A stretch of DNA of 63,186 bases, filler included, from Octopus bimaculoides (taxonomy: Eukaryota), in assembly GCF_001194135.2 (NCBI RefSeq). It is 6 parts of 6 records of this genome, joined end to end, with 100 filler letters (N's around TTAATTAATTAA, not from the genome) between each part and the next. Parts side by side here need not be neighbours in the genome. Positions count along the whole stretch, not along the records: positions 1 to 12,578 come from NC_068988.1; positions 12,679 to 34,265 come from NC_069005.1; 4 more parts are not named here. One strand, given 5' to 3'. Numbering within the stretch: position 1 is the stretch's first letter; every line of letters starts with the position of its first letter. Of this stretch, positions 1 to 12,718 are shown piece after piece. The translations under genes and the position numbers were made by a program. The notes under the pieces are model-generated. The model saw only the letters and a list, made by a program, of their open reading frames with translations. It had not been told where the DNA came from and did not search any database.

Positions 1-57
<57 letters not shown>

Positions 58-774
58 TGGTGTGTGTAGGTGTATGTAAACATATATACACACAAAGACG
101 TACATACGCATATATAAGCATACATATGCCTATGTATGCATCTACGCACATACATGTGTGTGTGTGGATGGGAACATATGTCTCTGTGCATACTCACCTA
201 CGTATATATATATGTGTATATAAATGGACATACGTTCGTATTTTATATTCAACACGCGCTCATACCAACATTAATCGCTTGAACACATACATACATAAAC
301 ACATACAGACATCCTTTCTTACTTGCATATATGTACACATACACACATGCACATACGCATACTTGTGTGTACGTGTCCTTGTGTGCATATGCATACATAT
401 CAGGTAAACCCTTGGAGACACATATATCTAAAGCATTACTTTCTTTGAATAAAAAGTACGACTGATTGCCGCTCCTCTCCCGCTTCATCCATCTTATAAA
501 TAATAAACTGCAGAAGGATTTAAGCCGCGTTAGAAATGTTAGCGATATTTTCAGAGATTTTCTGTTCCGTTAAAAACACTTCTAATTCATATCTATATTG
601 CACAAGGGAAGCTGGAGAACGATTGCTTTGACGTCAGGATTTACAAACCGATTGCGAAGATTACAATGAATTTAAACGCTAAATAATACCCAAGTCACCA
701 GGTTTGTTCATATAAACTTCAAAATAGTACAAATTACATTATGTTATCGTTATTGGAAAGAATAATATTTTTTT

Positions 775-1324
775 TCTAATTTTGACACAAGACCAGAAAT
801 TTGAGGGAGTGATCTAATCGATTACATCAACCCCAGTGCTCAGCTACTACTTATTTTATCGACCCCGAAAAGATGAAAGACAAAGGTGACCTTGGCGGTA
901 TTTGATGTCAAAACAAATATAACCAGACAAAAATGACGCTAAGCATTTTTGTCTGACGCGGTAAAGATTCTGCCGGTTTACTACCCGTATAGAAAATTAT
1001 AATAATTCTTTCTACTACAGCCCCCAAAGCCTGAAACTTTGGAAGAGTCGAAACCAGTGTTCGGGTGGTATTTATTTTATAGATTCCCGAAGAGACGAAA
1101 AGCAAATTTGATCTCGGTGGAATTTGAACTCAGAACGTAGAGAGCCGGAATTTGGAAATAATCCTTTCTACTATAGGCACAAGCACTGAAATTTAGTGGG
1201 AGAGGTTAAAGCTGATTATATCGCTCCCATTACTCAACTGGTACTTAATTTATCGATCTCGAAAGGACGAAAGGCGAAGTCGAGCTCGCAGGAATCTCAA
1301 CTCAGAACGTAGAGAGCCGGAATT

Positions 1325-1325
<1 letters not shown>
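775..1325 (-). mobile_element. Cluster of SINE family B copies and fragments
   Basis: Repeated reverse complement of ...gttctgagttcaaattccgccgaggtcgactttgcctttcatcctttcggggtcgataa... Confidence 0.75.
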
Positions 1326-1423
<98 letters not shown>

Positions 1424-2637
1424 TAAAAGTTACACGCACCTATCGACAATTTTTCATACTTTAGCCTGCATTAAAGACTTTAGATTCCAATTTATATTTT
1501 TATCATTTAGCTGGAAGGAAGCAACGCCTACAACAGAGTTTTATTCGTTCAGTGCCTCCATTACTGCGGTAGGAAGTGAAGAAGACATCCTCAAACTGAG
1601 AACCTAGCTAACCAAGTACCAGATGGTGATGCTCGTAAATGACGAGTTGCATCAAACACCCAAAAATCTTAGAACGTCCAAGAACTAGAAAGACATGATC
1701 AAAAATGTAGGTCATTATTTAATGCTTTTTTTCCCTTTCCTTTTAAAAGTGTTTGGTGTATCATGAAGTAGATTTGGCTGCTATTTCTAGCAAGTCGTTT
1801 AACCACTATGTAGTGGTTTCCTATTCGTTTCATGTAGTTTCTATAAAATTGCGTACTGCACCTGTCTCGTACTAAATGCTTCCTTTATGAGCTACCTAGG
1901 GAACTTAAAGAAGCTAACAGGAAGAGCGCTTACGTTATCACTTGGAATATCAGAAAGATATCAAAGAAAATCTCATATCATAGAATAACTTTTTATATTA
2001 ATGAACAGCGAAATTTCTACAAGATAAATAATTTGGTTTCACTTTCTGATCGAAATAAAATGTAGTCAGTTATGTATATTAATCTGCCACATTAATTTAA
2101 TTGTAAATATTTACTTAATCGATGAGAAAACGACGAAAAACAGTGTGAATCTGTCAGTTTGAGTTTTCATATAAGAAATAACGTTAACACTGATTCGTTA
2201 ATATAATTATTCTAGCACCCTAAGCTATGCAAAATAAAGGTTACTAAATTTGGCACGGCGCAAAATTCTATTTTAAAATTGAAAGTTTTAGTAAAAGGTA
2301 CAGTCGTTAAAGTTATTTTTAAACACAGCAAGCTGCGTAACTGACAAGTATTGTTAATTCAAATTAATATCTCTTTACTTTGTAGTCGCACCTCAACAGG
2401 CTTTTATGGGTACTAAACGACTACATTAAAAGAATTAGAAGACACTATAGGCAATTTGCGTTGCTGAAACCCTATTTAGTAAAGAGTAAGTATTAAAATA
2501 ATGTTAGTTTCTCGATAAAGAGAATTGCAAACATGTCTTTAGAAGAAATTCTACTGATTTTGTATTCCTAATATCAAATGGCCATTTTCATTTTTATTTT
2601 ATTTCCTTGTTGATTTAGATCACTTATTCACTAATAA

Positions 2638-3040
2638 GCGTAGGAGTGGCTGTGTGGTAAGTAGCTTGCTTACGAACCACATGGTTCCGGGTTCAGTCCC
2701 ACTGCGTGGCACCTTGGGCAAGTCTCTTCTACTTTAGCCTCGGGTCGACCAAAGCCTTGTGAGTGGATTTGGTAGACGGAAACTGAAAGCCCGTCGTATA
2801 TATGTATATATACATATGTATGTGTGTGTGTATATATGTTTGTGTGTTTGTGTTTGTCCCCCCCAACATCGCTTGACAACCAATGGTGGTGTGTTTACGT
2901 CCCCATAACCTAGCGGTTCGGCAAGAGAGACCGATAGAATAAGTACTAGGCTTACAAAGAATAAGTCTTGGGATCGATTTGCTCGACTAAAGGCGGTGCT
3001 CCAGCATGGCCGCAGCCAAATGACTGAAACAAGTAAAGGA
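2638..3040 (+). mobile_element. tRNA-derived SINE, family A (full length)
   Basis: Head ggagtggctgtgtggtaag...ggttcagtcccactgcgtggcacc, internal (TA/TG)n, tail ...ccagcatggccgcag...gaaacaagtaaa. The same sequence recurs many times in the window. Confidence 0.85.
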
Positions 3041-3598
3041 GAGAGTAAGAAAGTAATAGCAATTCGTTTCAAGTTTTATACATGAATTATTTGATGGCTA
3101 ATTAGTGAATATTTCATCGGGGAACATGTGAAGTAAAACATAAACTTTCAGTTCGAATAGGGGCTGCATTAACTGCTAACAGTAATCTAACGATATTCAT
3201 GTAAGACAAGAGCTCGAATAATTACCGTAATAAACGATCTGATCTTTTCACTAAATGCAGACATATTGACAAGTTCTGTTGTTCTAATTTCGATGAAATA
3301 ATGAAACCCGATCAACATATAATATTTTATTTGTGATCTATCCAGTCGGTAACATTATCGTAGAACACATTGTTACTTTTCTCACGTAGAACACACTGTT
3401 ACTTTTCTCAAATTTTTACAAGTCACACGTTCAGAAATACACGAGGCAAGTCTATCGACAGAAATGAATATCTTACACAGCATAACTGAATAATAATTCA
3501 TAAACTCCATTTATTAATTTCCGTCTTTTTTCCATATAAATGTTCAGCTCTCTTGAGAGTTTCTTACCGCTCAAAATATGATATTACTGTATATCCGG

Positions 3599-3651
<53 letters not shown>

Positions 3652-4615
3652 ACTATCATGTTTGTGCATGTATANNNNNNNNNNNNNNNNNNNNNNNNNN
3701 NNNNNNNNNNNNNNNNNNNNNNNNNNNNNNNNNNNNNNNNNNNNNNNNNNNNNNNNNNNNNNNNNNNNNNNNNNNNNNNNNNNNNNNNNNNNNNNNNNNN
3801 NNNNNNNNNNNNNNNNNNNNNNNNNNNNNNNNNNNNNNNNNNNNNNNNNNNNNNNNNNNNNNNNNNNNNNNNNNNNNNNNNNNNNNNNNNNNNNNNNNNN
3901 NNNNNNNNNNNNNNNNNNNNNNNNNNNNNNNNNNNNNNNNNNNNNNNNNNNNNNNNNNNNNNNNNNNNNNNNNNNNNNNNNNNNNNNNNNNNNNNNNNNN
4001 NNNNNNNNNNNNNNNNNNNNNNNNNNNNNNNNNNNNNNNNNNNNNNNNNNNNNNNNNNNNNNNNNNNNNNNNNNNNNNNNNNNNNNNNNNNNNNNNNNNN
4101 NNNNNNNNNNNNNNNNNNNNNNNNNNNNNNNNNNNNNNNNNNNNNNNNNNNNNNNNNNNNNNNNNNNNNNNNNNNNNNNNNNNNNNNNNNNNNNNNNNNN
4201 NNNNNNNNNNNNNNNNNNNNNNNNNNNNNNNNNNNNNNNNNNNNNNNNNNNNNNNNNNNNNNNNNNNNNNNNNNNNNNNNNNNNNNNNNNNNNNNNNNNN
4301 NNNNNNNNNNNNNNNNNNNNNNNNNNNNNNNNNNNNNNNNNNNNNNNNNNNNNNNNNNNNNNNNNNNNNNNNNNNNNNNNNNNNNNNNNNNNNNNNNNNN
4401 NNNNNNNNNNNNNNNNNNNNNNNNNNNNNNNNNNNNNNNNNNNNNNNNNNNNNNNNNNNNNNNNNNNNNNNNNNNNNNNNNNNNNNNNNNNNNNNNNNNN
4501 NNNNNNNNNNNNNNNNNNNNNNNNNNNNNNNNNNNNNNNNNNNNNNNNNNNNNNNNNNNNNNNNNNNNNNNNNNNNNNNNNNNNNNNNNNNNNNNNNNNN
4601 NNNNNNNATAGATAG

Positions 4616-4868
4616 GTATAAGAAGGGATGACCACTAAGTGGACATCCGATATGCTAGAAAAAGATCACCTACGATCTAACCACAAAGAAAAGAATGTTC
4701 TCCAGAAAAAATTCAGCAAACACCAGAACATAAGCGGGCAAGACAAATGAAAATATACAAAATAAAGAATTCTTTATTCTGAAGAACATTCTTTTCTTTG
4801 TGGTTAGATCGTAGGTGATATTTTTCTAGCATATCAGATGTCCACTTAGTGGTCATTCCTTCTTATAC
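4616..4868. mobile_element. MITE-like element with about 90-bp imperfect terminal inverted repeats
   Basis: tataagaagggatgaccactaagtggacatccgatatgctagaaaa... is mirrored by ...ttttctagcatatcagatgtccacttagtggtcattccttcttata. Confidence 0.75.
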
Positions 4869-5627
4869 GCCTTTTAATACAATTTTTCTGAATTCTCAGA
4901 TTTTTTTATATGCTAAGCCACTGGTTTTAAATTGATGTTAATTAAATTAGTATTCAATTTATCACCCTCAGTATATATATATATATATATATAACGGTAT
5001 TATCGGGCTATCGGATGTTTTTATACACAGCTAGTCTCAATGTTCTTCGTATTATTTTAGATTTCGATTGATATCACACCAATGGCTATGCGAGTAGACC
5101 AAACAGTTCGTGTGAAGGAGACACAGTCTGTCTCAGAGTTACGCATTTACTGTTGAACAGAATGAAGGAACGTGAAATGAAGTATTTTGCCCAAGAGCAC
5201 AATGCACAACCGGTCTGGCAATCGAAGGCATGATCACGTGATCGTGAGTGTAACGGTTTACCAGAATGCCATGCGATAACAAGTTGGTTCAGGTATATAT
5301 ATGAAATCGTTTGAGCAGAGATTTTGCTGTGGCGCTCTGTAAAGCTGGTTAGTTTATGTGACAGTTGTAGATTGGATTGGGAACGAAGTTATGCAACTTT
5401 TTAGCGGAAGAAATGAGTCTCCTCGGCGTTCATAATTGTCTTTTGCAAATGGTCATTATCATTGGCCAGAACAAAGATTAAGAAATGCTCGCACGCGTGT
5501 GTATGTGTGATAATGCGTTTGTGTGTATGATTGGATTTGACTTTAAGTTGGTTAGTAAAGAATTTCAGAATTGTTATGTTTATGGGTTCATAGTGAATGC
5601 CTCCAGAATAGAATAAAGTGGTCTCTG

Positions 5628-5950
5628 TGAAGGCGCATGGCTCAGTGGTTAGAGCGTCGGACTTACGATCGTGAAGTTGTGAATTCGAATCCCGGACCGA
5701 GCTGCGTGTTGTGTGCTTGAGCAATGCACTTTATTTCACATTGCTCCAGTTCACTCAGCTGTAGAAATGAGTTGCGACCTCACAGGTGTCGAGCTGTATC
5801 GGTCCCTTTGCCTTTACTTTGGATAACACTGGTGGCGTGGAAAGAGGAGACCGGTATTCATGAGCGACTGCTGGTCTTCCATAAACAACCTTGCCAGAGG
5901 GTAACTTTCTAGGTGCAATCCCATGGTCAGTCATGACCGAAGAGGGTCTC
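5628..5950 (+). mobile_element. tRNA-derived SINE family C with CORE/Meta-like central domain
   Basis: A box tggctcagtgg, B box gaattcgaatcc, central gtgcttgagcaatgcactttatttcacattgctccagttcactcagctgtagaaatgag. Confidence 0.8.
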
Positions 5951-5979
5951 AGCAGTCACATGGAAACATAGAGAGTCAC

Positions 5980-6398
5980 ATACCACTGCGTGGAACCATC
6001 GGCAAGAATCTTCTACTATATGCCCGTGCAGATCAAAGGCTTGTGAGTAGTAGCGGACTGGATCTAAAAATATTGGTTACCCGGAGACTAAGGGGGTCCA
6101 CCCGCAACAACAACGCTCTCATTTAATTTTTTTCTTTTTGTTTTTGTTAAAAGTATTCTTTACAGCTCTCTACAAACACAGTCACGCTGAAATAATTAAT
6201 GCATTCTTCCAGGATGAATAAAACACTTTCAATGAACCCTTTAGATACTAACATGGGCCCCCATATATGGATTCTAATGGTGCAGGGGCCCACTTGCCAT
6301 TGGGCAAGCTGTCAACCTGGCCAGTCTGCCACTGCTTATAAGGGGATTCGGGGGACGACAAAAACTGAAGTAAACCCGCCGTGTGTATATACATACAT

Positions 6399-6430
<32 letters not shown>

Positions 6431-6440
6431 NNNNNNNNNN

Positions 6441-6485
<45 letters not shown>

Positions 6486-6715
6486 CATACACAGTATATA
6501 TTTATGCCTGTACATATGTACATTATGAGTTTATATATACGTGTGTGCGTGCGTGCGCGCGCCCGTGTGTGTGCGGCTCTATGTGTTGTGTTGCGCCTTT
6601 GTGTTTGACTCCCTCAAGCGCTTGACAACCGGTGTTGTTATGGTTATGTCCTAGTAACATAGAAGATCGGCAAAATGAAACCCATAGAATAAGGACCAAG
6701 TTAAACAAATATCTT
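5980..6715 (+). mobile_element. SINE family A copy interrupted by a MITE
   Basis: SINE A sequence ends ...caaaggcttgtgag, resumes after 6342, and continues to the tail at about 6715. Confidence 0.6.
6048..6334. mobile_element. hAT-type MITE
   Basis: TIRs tagtagcggactgg / ccagtctgccactg, with an imperfect 8-bp TSD cttgtgag / cttataag. Confidence 0.65.
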
Positions 6716-6880
6716 CTCTCTCTCTCTCTCTCTCTNNNNNNNNNNNNNNNNNNNNNNNNNNNNNNNNNNNNNNNNNNNNNNNNNNNNNNNNNNNNNNNNN
6801 NNNNNNNNNNNNNNNNNNNNNNNNNNNNNNNNNNNNNNNNNTATATATATATATATACATATATATATATACATATATAT

Positions 6881-6919
<39 letters not shown>

Positions 6920-8604
6920 CACATAGACATATATATGCTCGCACACAATTGCATGCAGCCATAGACATACATATATGGTATATACTTGTGTTTTTGTGTC
7001 TACATGTATGTATATGTCCCTGCACACATAATATAACATGCATGCGTATTTATTTTATAGATTATACATTTGCGTGTGTCTGTGTAATAGAAAAAGAAGA
7101 AGCATGATCGAGCGAAAAGAAGAAAAAGTCGAGCGAGCAGATTTGATATAATGATTTTGTCAATAACCAACAAGTCAAAAATTCCAGTTATATCGAAAAA
7201 CGCTTTTCGTGTTGGCTCACAGGATCATGGAAATTTTCAAGGAATTTCTGACATGTTAGCAGTAAGAATCGCTGCCAAACGCTTTAGGCATTCTTTATAA
7301 CTTCTACGATTGTTCAAAATGGCTTCTCAATGTGCTGCACGCAATCTTTTCCTCATGCAGCCCTTTTTTTCCTCCCCCTTTTTTTCTTCTTCCTCAACTT
7401 TTTATATTTATTTCGTTTTTAGTTCATCTCACGCATTTTAAAATACCACAAATTGATTTCGTTAATATTATTGTTTCGTTTTCTTTCCGTATTCTCTCTC
7501 TCTCCTTTCAAACAATTTATTTCCCATTTTTGGACGTGTTTTTCTTAATTCGCGACTGCAGCTGTTGTTTTTATTTAAAAGTGTTTGTGTTTGCATTTGC
7601 GATGGCGATGTTGGAGGTGATGCTTGTGGTGGTGGTGGTGGTTGTGGTGGTAGAAGTTATGAATGTAGTCATGGTGTTGTTGGCGGCAAAGGAAATTGTT
7701 CAATGGAATCTCATTCTGTTACTGCAGATGATTCTACAGCTGCCGGTAAACGACGCTTCTGGTATTGTTGATAAAGCTAGTAGCAGTGGTGGTGCTGATA
7801 GTGGTGGTGACTGTGTTGAGAGTGGTTGTAATGATAGTTAATTGAAGATGTTTAGGTGACTGACCTAAACCAACTCGAGCTGCTATCGTAGTGGAATACC
7901 ATCCAAAAGGAACAGAATATAAATGCCGTTTAATAGACACGCAGAATGATGGCTGTTTGCTCCCCAACGACGTTCGAAAGCATTCAACTGTAACCTTGTA
8001 ACTGTGATTACAAGACAAATATTCCCTTGAAGCGTATGACATGATGGAACATAAGTTTCTTTCGTCTTAAATATCTGTCAGAAAATCGCAGTTAAACTCA
8101 ATGGCTGTAAGATATAATAATCTGTCTTATATTTCCCTTAGAACAGCAGGACAGCTGTTATATATTGTACATATGTAATGGTTTGAATCGCTGAAGGATA
8201 GTTAATGCTATATAATTGCTAATGCGTTCGTCTGGAGTTCCTAGAGAATGTCTGATATAATAATACTACATAACAAAATAAAGAGAAATACTAAGATTTC
8301 AACTAGCGATAAACCAGCCTAATATAACCATTATTGGCTAATAAAGATATTATTGGCATAAGACTGTATTTAGTACTTTTCTTATTTTTATACCAACCAG
8401 TCAGTATTTCTTGAGTTATAATTCTTTAATTGTTCTATTACTAGTGTAACCTAAGATGACCGTATAGCGCAACTGGTAGAGTGCAGGAGAAATATCGTTT
8501 GTTATTTGCTTATTGCTTCGGAGTTAAAGATCTAGAGGTGAAGGCGATGTTGAATTTTTATTTCTCGAGACTAAAGAAAGTGACGGTCATATTGAGTCCA
8601 GTGT

Positions 8605-9200
8605 AAGGCGGTGAGCCGGCAGAAACGATATCACGCTGGGCGAAATGCTTAGCGGTATCTCTTCTGTCTACGTTCTGAGTTCAAATTCTGCCGAGGTCGA
8701 CTTTGCTTTCATCCTTTCGGGGTCGATAAATTAAGTACCAGTTGCGTAGTGGGGTCGATCTAATCTACTGGTCCTCCTTTCCCCAAACATTTCGGACCTT
8801 GTGGCTAGAGTAGAAAAGAATATTAAATTTGAGCTGTCAGAGTCGTTAGCACGCCGGGCGAAATGCATAGCAGTGTTCCGTGCGTCTTTACGTCCTGAGT
8901 TCAAATTCCGACAAGAATGCTGGCTTTGTGCAAAAATTTGAAACCAATATATTTGGTTGATTTCAGGCGGCGGGATCGCAGTATCGTTAGCTCGCAAAAA
9001 AAAAAAAAAAAAAAACGCTTAGCGGCATTTCGTCTACCTTCACGATCTGAGCTCAAATTCCGCCATCGGCAACTTTGCCATTTTCCCTTCCGGGGCCGAT
9101 GAAATAAATATTAGTTGAACATTAAGGTCGATGTAATCGACTTACCTCTTTCCTCGAAATTGATGGCCCTGTGCCGAAGTTGAAATCAATATTTTAGGTT
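8605..9200 (+). mobile_element. Tandem cluster of three SINE family B copies
   Basis: Three successive ...gttagc...aatgcttagcgg...tctgagttcaaattc... units, with CpGs largely retained. Confidence 0.8.
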
Positions 9201-10302
9201 GATTCAATAAAAGATATATTGTGACCCAGCTTCAACCTTTAACATGCGTCACACGTGGTACACAACAGATATTTTCCCGGCGTACATGCATCATATTTGA
9301 TACACACACCACAGTTTTTTTTTTCAACCACCAGAGTAACTTGGGACTCATTACTCAGACCGTATGAAATAAAGGCTAACTAAACATGCCTGGACATTAA
9401 GGACGAGGAAAAGGTTAAGAAAGCGTTGCCTGGTGTAAATGTTCGAAATCATTGTTGTTATGGTGATGATGATTGATTGTCAGAATTGTTTGAGCATCGT
9501 GCATAATGCCTTGTGGTATATACATTCGCCTTTAAATTTTGTGCGTTCGAATCCAACCAAAATTGACATCAACGTACATTTTTCAAGAAGTGATAAAATG
9601 AGGATTCTAAGACGTGAGAGGCTATGTGACACCACTATGTCATTAGTTATCTCATTCTCTCATTCTCTAATTTCCTTATTATTTCTCTATCACATTCTCT
9701 CACTTTCTATGTCTATCATAACTACCAACAATTTCTTGTGTTTGGCTGTATTATTTTGTGGATATCTGTTATTCTTTGCTGTGATAGCATTCACATATGT
9801 GGACTTATATATTTTTATCCGTATTGCCTCCAAAATTGCATTAAAAGTACAGTGCCAGATAAAATCTTCTCCCTTGTCAATACAGCATATCGTAAACAAT
9901 GCTGCTCAATATTATTTCAATTATCATCTGAGTTTAGTACACTTACTTCTAAAAATCAATGTTGAAATTTTTAGTAAGTAGCAAGAAATTTAACAAAGAT
10001 TTATGAAAGAAATGACAAGATATTATTACCGACAGAGCAGATGTTTATGGCTGACGCTGTACCACAAAAATGAACCGTGGAATTCTCATGGGTACTGGTA
10101 ATTCAATGTAATTTAGTAAGACAACATAATTACATATAAGCATACATCCAAGCACGAACACACACTCATACATACACACATACACACAGTCACACACACA
10201 CAGATTTGCAAATATATATATAGATAGATATAGAAATAAGTATTGATAGATGAATATTTATATTAAGTATATATATATATATGTATGTATGTATCTATTA
10301 TG

Positions 10303-10339
<37 letters not shown>

Positions 10340-11877
10340 NNNNNNNNNNNNNNNNNNNNNNNNNNNNNNNNNNNNNNNNNNNNNNNNNNNNNNNNNNNNN
10401 NNNNNNNNNNNNNNNNNNNNNNNNNNNNNNNNNNNNNNNNNNNNNNNNNNNNNNNNNNNNNNNNNNNNNNNNNNNNNNNNNNNNNNNNNNNNGTGTGTGT
10501 GTGTGTGTGTGTGTGTGTGCATACATACATACACACACGTGCACATACACACACACACACACGCACAATAAATAGTTATAAGTTGTGTTATTTATATTCT
10601 TAATGCTTACGTGAACATTGGATTGAACAGAAACCAATATTGAACATAAACATAGAAAACAGGAAAAAAATGGAGGCTTGGAAGTATACAGGACCATCCT
10701 GTATATTGAATACTTGCCAGAGAATACGTGATCAAAACACGAAACTAGTTCCTCTCATTTAGTGTTGTTGTTATTTATTTATTTATTTATCTGTATATCT
10801 ATTTATTCATTTTGCTAGGTCGTAGCTGTACAAAATCCACATCTTCCTAAGATCTACTATGAAAAGGGAAAAGCACCGTCTGTAACCAGTAGTTGTTCCG
10901 TGTCTCCTGGAGTTTTCTTCTCCATATTTCGACTTCCATGGAGCAGAAATCTTCTGCTTAAAGCAGTTAGCGTTTCAGCTGTGTATCGTCTGTTTCATGT
11001 TTTATTTTACTTACGATAGGAACTGTACCGGTACAGCACTGTGATGTTTGCTACTCCTGATTATCGACCACCCGGATTGTTCCACAATAGGTAATGAATT
11101 TTAAATTGCCACCGTCTCCTCCAAGATCCTCTTGTCTTACACTGCCCAAATATTGTGATGAGCCTCTGGAAAGATCTATAGCAGGGATTGTTTCTTTACT
11201 GCCTTCTTAAGAATTTATATTATGAAAAAAAAAAATGTCCGTAGTCTTTCCTTCGATCGATGGAGACGAAACTGTTTCATACATCAACAATAGATTTTTC
11301 CAGGTTTTGTGGAAGGCACAAAGAAACCCCACCTCATTTGTGACAAAACATGTATATGCTACTTATCGATTTAAATGTTCTTGTGTTGATTTTCCTCTTG
11401 TAATAATACTTCACTGAGATCCAACCAGTTTCCTTTCAGATATCATCAACGACAAAAAAAAGTGACACGCTGCACTCGGCANNNNNNNNNNNNNNNNNNN
11501 NNNNNNNNNNNNNNNNNNNNNNNNNNNNNNNNNNNNNNNNNNNNNNNNNNNNNNNNNNNNNNNNNNNNNNNNNNNNNNNNNNNNNNNNNNNNNNNNNNNN
11601 NNNNNNNNNNNNNNNNNNNNNNNNNNNNNNNNNNNNNNNNNNNNNNNNNNNNNNNNNNNNNNNNNNGATTTTCCTCTTGTAATAATACTTCACTGAGATC
11701 CAACCAGTTTCCTTTCAGATATCATCAACGACAAAAAAAAGTGACACGCTGCACTCGGCAGCAGTATTAGAGGAAGAGAGACAGTATTAGTGGGAGAGAG
11801 ACAGTATTAAAGAATCAGAAAGAGGGGGAGAAGGGGAAGAGAGAGAGAGTTGGCTCGCAATATAGAGATAAGAAAAA

Positions 11878-12080
11878 GGTAGCGAGCTGGCAGAATCGTT
11901 GGCATGCCGGACAAATCAGCGGCATTTCGTCTGTTTTTACGTTCTGAGTTCAAATTCCGCCGAGGTCGACTTTACTTTTCATCCTTTCAATAAAATAGGT
12001 ACCAGTTGAAAAACAAGGGTCGATGTAATTGCTTTATACCCTCCCCCGAAATTGCAGGCATTGTGCCAAAATTTACAACC
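11878..12080 (+). mobile_element. SINE family B
   Basis: gcgagctggcagaatcgtt...gttcaaattccgccgaggtcgac...gtgccaaaattt. Confidence 0.8.
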
Positions 12081-12353
12081 AATATAGAGATAAGAAAAAC
12101 AGTCAGTGTATTCAAAATCAGAATTATGGACAAATATGTAACCGCCTAGCATATTGTTTGATTATATTTTCTGGAAACTTGACAACACGATAGGCCTGAA
12201 GCGTTCAGAAGAAATTTACATAAACAGATGCTTTCCATAATCCAGGCAGATTCTTACCATGTTCTTCATAAGACGAAGAATCACCTCTGCTGTTGCGATG
12301 CTGTTCAGCAGGAGTTGTTCTACACATATCCAAACAGTGCCTCATACATGCAT

Positions 12354-12399
<46 letters not shown>

Positions 12400-12432
12400 T
12401 AAAGCAATAATGTCGACCACTAACGTGGACAA

Positions 12433-12578
12433 TTAATGCGCTAGAAATAGATCACATCTTGTGTCTATTAAGACCTAAATTGTTCTCAACATGAAATATA
12501 GCAGCATACCTATATTTCATGTTGAGAACAATTTAGGTCTTAATAGACACAAGATGTGATCTATTTCTAGCGCATTAA
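12433..12578. repeat. Perfect 69-bp inverted repeat with an 8-nt loop at a contig end
   Basis: Arms 12433-12501 and 12510-12578 are exact reverse complements; the second arm ends at the N-gap. Confidence 0.9.
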
Positions 12579-12678
12579 NNNNNNNNNNNNNNNNNNNNNN
12601 NNNNNNNNNNNNNNNNNNNNNNTTAATTAATTAANNNNNNNNNNNNNNNNNNNNNNNNNNNNNNNNNNNNNNNNNNNN
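12579..12678. other. Assembly linker: N44-TTAATTAATTAA-N44 (also at 34266, 42251, 50972 and 53146)
   Basis: Five identical 100-nt blocks; the palindromic 12-mer carries stops in all six frames. Confidence 0.9.

Positions 12679-12718
<40 letters not shown>

Noticed and set aside
7221-7250. Minus exon candidate KFLENFHDP with gtgagc donor
   Set aside because: Weak acceptor, outside the CpG-decay domain, and no supporting homology.
8459-8490. tRNA-like 5' half (gtatagcgcaactggtagagtgc)
   Set aside because: No B box or 3' half. All tRNA-like heads in the window are SINE-derived, so no tRNA gene is called.
11388-11760. Identical 94-bp segments at 11388-11481 and 11667-11760
   Set aside because: They flank an N-gap exactly, so they are most likely overlapping contig ends rather than a real duplication.
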